Below are positions 36,260 through 40,511 of a stretch of DNA of 40,511 bases, one piece after another; the stretch's first letter is position 1; the number at the start of each line of letters is the position of its first letter. The position numbers were made by a program, and so were the translations under genes. The stretch covers positions 1 to 40,511 of the forward strand of contig JAAOYC010000018.1 in NCBI GenBank assembly GCA_018221125.1, read 5' to 3'. A model generated the notes under the pieces. It made no database searches, was not told the DNA's origin, and was given only the letters and a program-made list of their open reading frames with translations. This DNA comes from Candidatus Woesearchaeota archaeon (GTDB lineage Archaea > Nanobdellota > Nanobdellia > Woesearchaeales > WJKL01).

Positions 36260-36415
36260 AGCGAGGTGGGGCTTGAGTAGCCTTAATTGACTACTCACCC
36301 AAGAGTCAGGAGTGCCCGTCGGGCTCATATTGCTTTGAGCAACGAGACACCCGGAAAAGAAGGAGTAAATGCCTTCTTTGGGCAAAGGTCGGAAGTTCAA
36401 ATCTTCCCCTCGCTA
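36260..36415 (+). tRNA. initiator-type tRNA-Met(CAU) with apparently three introns (D region, 37/38, variable region)
   Basis: Acceptor AGCGAGG/CCTCGCT (A1:U72), anticodon stem TCGGG/CCCGG with three consecutive G-C pairs next to the loop, loop CT-CAT-A[19 nt]A, T arm GGAAG-TTCAAAT-CTTCC, discriminator A. The D stem GGGC...GCCC is separated by 41 nt, and 36 nt sit where a 5-nt variable loop is expected. The gene is 156 nt against about 75 nt mature. Confidence 0.65.
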
Positions 36416-36450
36416 TATTTTCTAAAAAAAAAGAGTGATAGCAATTTAAA

Positions 36451-37080
36451 ATGACAATAGATACTATTGGGTTTGACTGGAGCGGAACTTTAAGCAATGA
36501 TTTTGATTGTGTTATTAAGTCATTAAATGATGTTTTAGGAGAATATGGTGTTGGCCCTGTTTCTGCAGAGCACCTAAGGCAAAATTATGAAAAATATCCT
36601 GTTAAGTTTTATAGAAAATTAGGAATTACTGATTCTAAAGAAAATATTCATGAGAAATACAAAAAGCATTATGATGAAAATTATAGAATTAAAAGGCCAG
36701 AGCCTTTTGAAGACATTGAACTTATTTTAGCAGAATTATACAAAGAACACAAAAAGCTTATGGTATTAAGCACGCATCCTCAGGAATTTCTAGAGCGGGA
36801 GGTAAAAGAATATGGGTTTTATACTTTTTTTGATGGAAGAATATTTGGAGATGTAAGTGCTAAATCACTGACAATTAAAGAACAATCAGCTAATCTAAAT
36901 AATTTTGTTATGGTGGGAGATACGTGGGTTGATATGGAAGAAGGAAAAAAAGCAGGAGTTGTGACTATTGGAGTTCTTACAGGCTATAATTATGAAGATA
37001 AATTAGAGCCTTATGCAGACCATATATTGAAAGATCTTTCTGAATTGCCTGATCTTTTGAGAAGACTTGAGATTCCATAA
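36451..37080 (+). CDS. HAD-superfamily hydrolase
   Basis: Motif I IGFDWSGTL (Ser at the Asp+2 position), motif II-like LSTH, and motif IV-like VGDTWVDMEEGKKAG. Confidence 0.75.
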   Translation: MTIDTIGFDWSGTLSNDFDCVIKSLNDVLGEYGVGPVSAEHLRQNYEKYPVKFYRKLGITDSKENIHEKYKKHYDENYRIKRPEPFEDIELILAELYKEHKKLMVLSTHPQEFLEREVKEYGFYTFFDGRIFGDVSAKSLTIKEQSANLNNFVMVGDTWVDMEEGKKAGVVTIGVLTGYNYEDKLEPYADHILKDLSELPDLLRRLEIP

Positions 37081-37127
37081 AGTTTATAAACTAACTATTG
37101 ATTTTCAATTATATCAAGAGGTAGGAC

Positions 37128-37242
37128 GGTAGTGCGAATAAAATTTGCTTTGCAAATTTCGTACCAGCTTCCCTATGCTGGAGATGAAGAGACAAAGTTG
37201 GGATTGGCCCAACATGATTTAAAATTTGACAAAGTCAAATTT
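37128..37242 (+). other. run of four hairpins between the HAD gene and rps15 (terminator(s) or small structured RNA)
   Basis: GGTA..CGAA-..AAATTTGC-TTT-GCAAATTT-TCG-TACC (37128-37165), CCAGC/GCTGG (37164-37181), GTTGGG/CCCAAC (37197-37213), and AAATTTGAC/GTCAAATTT (37222-37242). Confidence 0.25.
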
Positions 37243-37303
37243 CAAATAATTCTTTATTTCCTAATTGATAATAATTTAAAAATTTGAAAAAGGTGAAAAT
37301 AAA

Positions 37304-37759
37304 ATGGCTAGAATGCATTCAAGGAAAAAAGGCAAGGCTGGTTCAAAAAGGCCTGTTAAGAAAAAAACACCATCCTGGGTAAGATATAATGCCAAGGAAG
37401 TTGAGATGTTAATAACAAAGCTGGCAAAAGAGGAGAAAACCCCTTCACAGATTGGATTGATATTAAGGGACTTGTATGGTATTCCAGACATCAAATGTGT
37501 TGTTGGAAAAAGGGTAACAAAAGTATTGGAAGAGAAAAAACTATTGTCAAAACTTCCAGAAGATCTGCTTGCTTTGATTAAGAAAAGCATCAAATTAAGA
37601 AAACATGTTGAAAACAATCATAAAGATGAATCTGTTAAAAGAGGATTGACATTAACTGAAAGCAAGATCAAGAGACTTATCAAATATTACAAAAGAACAG
37701 GAAAGATCGAAGAGGATTGGAAATATCAGCCAGACAGAGTCAGGATGTACATTGAATAA
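37304..37759 (+). CDS. rps15: 30S ribosomal protein uS15 (archaeal S15P/S13e type)
   Basis: MARMHSRKKGKAGSKRP N-terminus and a DLYGIP segment. SD AAGGTGA lies upstream. Confidence 0.95.
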   Translation: MARMHSRKKGKAGSKRPVKKKTPSWVRYNAKEVEMLITKLAKEEKTPSQIGLILRDLYGIPDIKCVVGKRVTKVLEEKKLLSKLPEDLLALIKKSIKLRKHVENNHKDESVKRGLTLTESKIKRLIKYYKRTGKIEEDWKYQPDRVRMYIE

Positions 37760-39161
37760 GATGCAGGAAAATTACAATAAGTTCTATGCATCTTTTGAGA
37801 AAGCAGTAGAAAGATTCAGGAAATGGGATAAATCTGAAACAATCCAGATTATATCTCATCTTGATGCTGATGGAATAAGCGCATGCGCAATATTGACGAG
37901 CGTATTGAATAAAGACAACAGAAAGTATGTTGTTTCTATCCTTCCTCAGCTTGCAAAAGACAAGATAGAAGAGATAGCTGGCAGCGAAGGCAGGCATATT
38001 ATTTTTGCTGACCTGGGCTCAGGGCAGATCAAAGATATCAAAGAATTGCTTAAGGATAAGGAAGTTCTGATTCTTGACCATCATCAGCCAGAAGAAGCTG
38101 AAGCTGATAATATAACCCATATAAATCCGCACCTGTTTGGGATAGATGGCTCTAAAGAGATTTCTGGAGCAGGAGTTGTGTACTTATTTGCAAAAGCATT
38201 GGATAAGGAAAATGTAAATCTTGCGCATATTGCTGTTATTGGAGCAATAGGGGATGTTCAGGAAGATAAAGGATTTTTGCATCTGAATCAGAAGATAGTT
38301 GAAGAAGCTGTTGAGAATGAGAAGATAAAAGTCAAAACAGGATTAAGGTTATTTGGGATGCAGACAAAGCCAGTGCATAAGGTTCTTGAGTACAGTAGTG
38401 ACCCTTATATTCCAGGAGTTAGCGGAAGTGAATCAGGAGCAATCCAATTTCTGCATCAGATAGGTGTTGAGCCAAAAGCAGAAAATAAATGGAAGAAGAT
38501 AGTGGATCTTAATGACGAAGAAATGCAGAAGCTTGTAGCAGGGATAATAATGAAAAGATTTGGAGAGGAGAATCCTGATGATGTATTGGGGAATATATAT
38601 ATTTTTCCTGATGAAGAAGAAGGAACTCCCACAAGGGATGCAAAGGAATTTGCTACTTTACTGAATGCCTGCGGAAGAATGGACAAGGCTTCTTTTGGGA
38701 TCGGAACCTGCTTGGGAATCAAAAAAGACAGGCAAAAAGCACTTGAAACTTTATCTGAATATAAAAGAGCGATTGTCCAGGCCTTGAATTGGTATAATGA
38801 ACACAAAGAAATCATGATACAGGGAGATGGATTTATTGTAATAAATGCAGAAGACAATATTCCTGCAACTATAATAGGAACATTAGCTTCTATTCTGTCC
38901 AAGTCAAATGGCATGAAAGAGGGAACTTATGTACTTTCCCTGGCAAGGGCAGATGATAACATGACAAAGATTAGCTTGAGGATTAGCGGGTTGAGGAACC
39001 AGGATATTGATCTAAGAGATATTTTAAAAGAGATTGTTGATGAAATTGGTGGAGAAGCAGGAGGGCATCAGTATGCTGCAGGAGCTTTGATTGACAATGA
39101 GACAGAACAGGAATTTTTGAAAGCTGCTGAGAAAATTTTGTCTGGCAAAGGAAAAGTTTAA
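37752..39161 (+). CDS. archaeal RecJ/GAN-like DHH-family nuclease
   Basis: DHH motifs ISHLDADGISA, ILDHH and GAIGD, and a C-terminal GGHQYAAGA (DHHA1). It overlaps rps15 by 8 nt. Confidence 0.85.
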   Translation: MNKMQENYNKFYASFEKAVERFRKWDKSETIQIISHLDADGISACAILTSVLNKDNRKYVVSILPQLAKDKIEEIAGSEGRHIIFADLGSGQIKDIKELLKDKEVLILDHHQPEEAEADNITHINPHLFGIDGSKEISGAGVVYLFAKALDKENVNLAHIAVIGAIGDVQEDKGFLHLNQKIVEEAVENEKIKVKTGLRLFGMQTKPVHKVLEYSSDPYIPGVSGSESGAIQFLHQIGVEPKAENKWKKIVDLNDEEMQKLVAGIIMKRFGEENPDDVLGNIYIFPDEEEGTPTRDAKEFATLLNACGRMDKASFGIGTCLGIKKDRQKALETLSEYKRAIVQALNWYNEHKEIMIQGDGFIVINAEDNIPATIIGTLASILSKSNGMKEGTYVLSLARADDNMTKISLRISGLRNQDIDLRDILKEIVDEIGGEAGGHQYAAGALIDNETEQEFLKAAEKILSGKGKV

Positions 39162-39170
39162 AAACCAGTA

Positions 39171-39431
39171 ATGCTAATTTATTCTAAAATGGATTATAAA
39201 ACTAAGTCTGTATTAACAGTTACTGTTCTAGCTTTATTTATGATTGTAACAGCTGTTTTCATAAACAATCTTGATGGCTCAATAACAGGAGCAACTGTAA
39301 AAACCATGTGCAATTGTGATAAAGATAAAGATTGTGATGATGGAGATGCATGCACAGAAGATATCTGCCTGTATGCAGATAATTGCGAAGCAGCTTTATG
39401 TGTGAATAAAGAAATAGAAAATTGTAAATAA
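39171..39431 (+). CDS. small Cys-rich secreted or anchored protein
   Basis: N-terminal hydrophobic anchor VLTVTVLALFMIVTAVFI, then CNCDKDKDCDDGDACTEDICLYADNCEAALC. MDYKT (39189) is an alternative start. Confidence 0.5.
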   Translation: MLIYSKMDYKTKSVLTVTVLALFMIVTAVFINNLDGSITGATVKTMCNCDKDKDCDDGDACTEDICLYADNCEAALCVNKEIENCK

Positions 39432-39435
39432 AAAA

Positions 39436-39708
39436 TTATAAAATATTTCTGATGCTTGCGATATTGTCAGCAACATCACTGCCTTTCTTTGTCAATGTAA
39501 GAAGCTTTAATCTTCCTTGTTTTTCAAAGTTGATTAAAGAAGCTTTTTCCATTTCCTGAAGAATTTTTACGACGTGAGAATATGTGCAGTCAATCTGTTT
39601 TGCTAATGATGAGGCATACATTGCTCCTTTTGTATTCTTTAGTCCAACTAACATCATAGCCGGTTTTTCCCGGAAAAAAATGTTAAAAATTTTTTCTTTT
39701 TCACTCAT
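39436..39708 (-). CDS. small winged-helix (wHTH) DNA-binding protein
   Basis: 90 aa. MYASSLAKQIDCTYSHVVKILQEMEKASLINFEKQGRLKLLTLTKKG fits an HTH plus beta-wing pattern. It is divergent from xpd. Confidence 0.6.
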   Translation of the reverse strand: MSEKEKIFNIFFREKPAMMLVGLKNTKGAMYASSLAKQIDCTYSHVVKILQEMEKASLINFEKQGRLKLLTLTKKGSDVADNIASIRNIL

Positions 39709-39820
39709 GTTATTACCCCCAAAGTATATAGTCGATAATATATATTTGTAAATATCTGTAGAAATTACACCTTTATATATTTATCGATTTTGTTATTTTT
39801 TAAGACGAGACTGTTGTATA

Positions 39821-39912
39821 AGACAATCGAAACCAAATAATTAGTTGAGCACTGGTCACTGGACAAGACAATCGCGAGTCCAGATAACCAGTTAAGCACT
39901 GGTCACTGGACA
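39821..39912 (+). repeat. tandem 45/47-nt duplication carrying box copies D (39850-39865) and E (39897-39912)
   Basis: Both units start AGACAATCG and end ..AGCACTGGTCACTGGACA. The interior is partly diverged. Confidence 0.8.
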
Positions 39913-39935
39913 AGTACCTCCATAAACTATATAAA
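39897..39935 (+). promoter_or_regulatory. 16-nt box copy E plus TATA-like TATATAAA (39928-39935), the xpd promoter
   Basis: Exact box, a 15-nt spacer and a TATA octamer. ATG 39960 lies 32 nt after the TATA start (leaderless geometry). Confidence 0.6.
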
Positions 39936-39959
39936 TCAATTAGAAATTCTTTTAGTATA

Positions 39960-40511
39960 ATGTCTGTCGATGAAGGCCTAAGGGAATTGTTGTTTCCCTA
40001 CAAAGAAGTTAGGAGGATCCAGGATGATCTTATCAAAGAAGTTGATAATTCTATTAAGTTCAAGAGGAATCTGATTGTACATGCTCCAACTGGATTAGGG
40101 AAAACAGCTGCAACATTGCCAATGGCTTTGTCTCATGCAGTAAAGAATGGACTGACTGTCTTTTTTTTGACGTCAAGGCATACCCAGCATCTAATTGCAT
40201 TGGAGACTTTGAAAGATATAAAGAAAAAATATGACAAGGAAATAATTGCAGTTGATCTGATTGGGAAGAAATGGATGTGCCCTGTTCCTGGAACAGACGA
40301 GCTGAGCAGTTTTGAGTTTACTGAATATTGCAAATCAATGCGAGGAGATAATAAATGCGAGTTTTTTGTCAATTCAAGAAAGAAATCTGGCAGGCCGACA
40401 TTAAAAGCAGAGAAAGCTGTTATTGATTTAAAGAAATTAAGCCCCTGTCATTGCGAGAATCTGGTTGAATATTGTACAGAAGAAAAAATATGCCCTTATG
40501 AAATCTCTACC
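39960..40511 (+). CDS. xpd: XPD/Rad3-family Fe-S DNA helicase, N-terminal part running off the right edge
   Basis: Open frame to the window end: MSVDEGLRELLFPYKEVRRIQ..., Walker A HAPTGLGKT, and spaced Cys residues (CPVPG, YCKSMRGDNKCEFF, ICPYE) consistent with the 4Fe-4S domain. It is missing from the ORF track because it is truncated. Confidence 0.85.
   Translation, partial: MSVDEGLRELLFPYKEVRRIQDDLIKEVDNSIKFKRNLIVHAPTGLGKTAATLPMALSHAVKNGLTVFFLTSRHTQHLIALETLKDIKKKYDKEIIAVDLIGKKWMCPVPGTDELSSFEFTEYCKSMRGDNKCEFFVNSRKKSGRPTLKAEKAVIDLKKLSPCHCENLVEYCTEEKICPYEIST

Noticed and set aside
36191-36497. Minus-strand ORFs 36191..36400 and 36306..36497
   Set aside because: They overlap the multi-intron tRNA-Met gene and the HAD gene start, and nothing supports coding. 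The tRNA explains the region.
1-40511. Scan for CRISPR arrays, rRNA genes, transposases/IS elements, integrases, toxin-antitoxin pairs and known defence genes
   Set aside because: I saw no regularly spaced repeats, rRNA-like segments, DDE or tyrosine-recombinase motifs, or defence-system signatures. The only mobile-element-like genes are the two LAGLIDADG ORFs.

Overview
AT-rich, tightly packed archaeal chromosome segment. The archaeal call rests on GatD/GatE, Orc1/Cdc6, archease-RtcB, Cdc48, deoxyhypusine synthase, TruD, XPD, archaeal uS15, a RecJ/GAN-like DHH protein and intron-containing tRNAs. Small gene sizes and many orphan genes suggest a reduced, DPANN-like genome, but that is inference. 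GAGGTG-type Shine-Dalgarno sites are common and several genes look leaderless. Most of the window is housekeeping: translation, tRNA maturation, PPDK, adenylate kinase and proteostasis. I saw no rRNA, CRISPR array, transposase or recognisable defence system. Five things stand out. (1) An invariant 16-nt box, CACTGGTCACTGGACA, occurs five times, always intergenic. In four copies it lies 13-15 nt upstream of a TATA box. It precedes two divergent LAGLIDADG endonuclease genes, an unannotated zinc-ribbon micro-ORF and XPD helicase (two tandem copies), and a half-box precedes an FHA-domain gene. I read this as a candidate regulon. (2) Each LAGLIDADG gene sits directly 5' of an intron-containing tRNA gene, and one overlaps the tRNA by 15 nt. 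(3) All four tRNAs carry introns, and the initiator-like tRNA-Met appears to have three. (4) The GatE is GatB-sized and seems to lack the AspRS-like insertion. (5) Smaller items include a Cys-rich PEF-CTERM-type protein next to a UbiA fusion, and a protein that ends right after a voltage-sensor-like S4 helix. All function calls come from reading motifs by eye. No searches were run.
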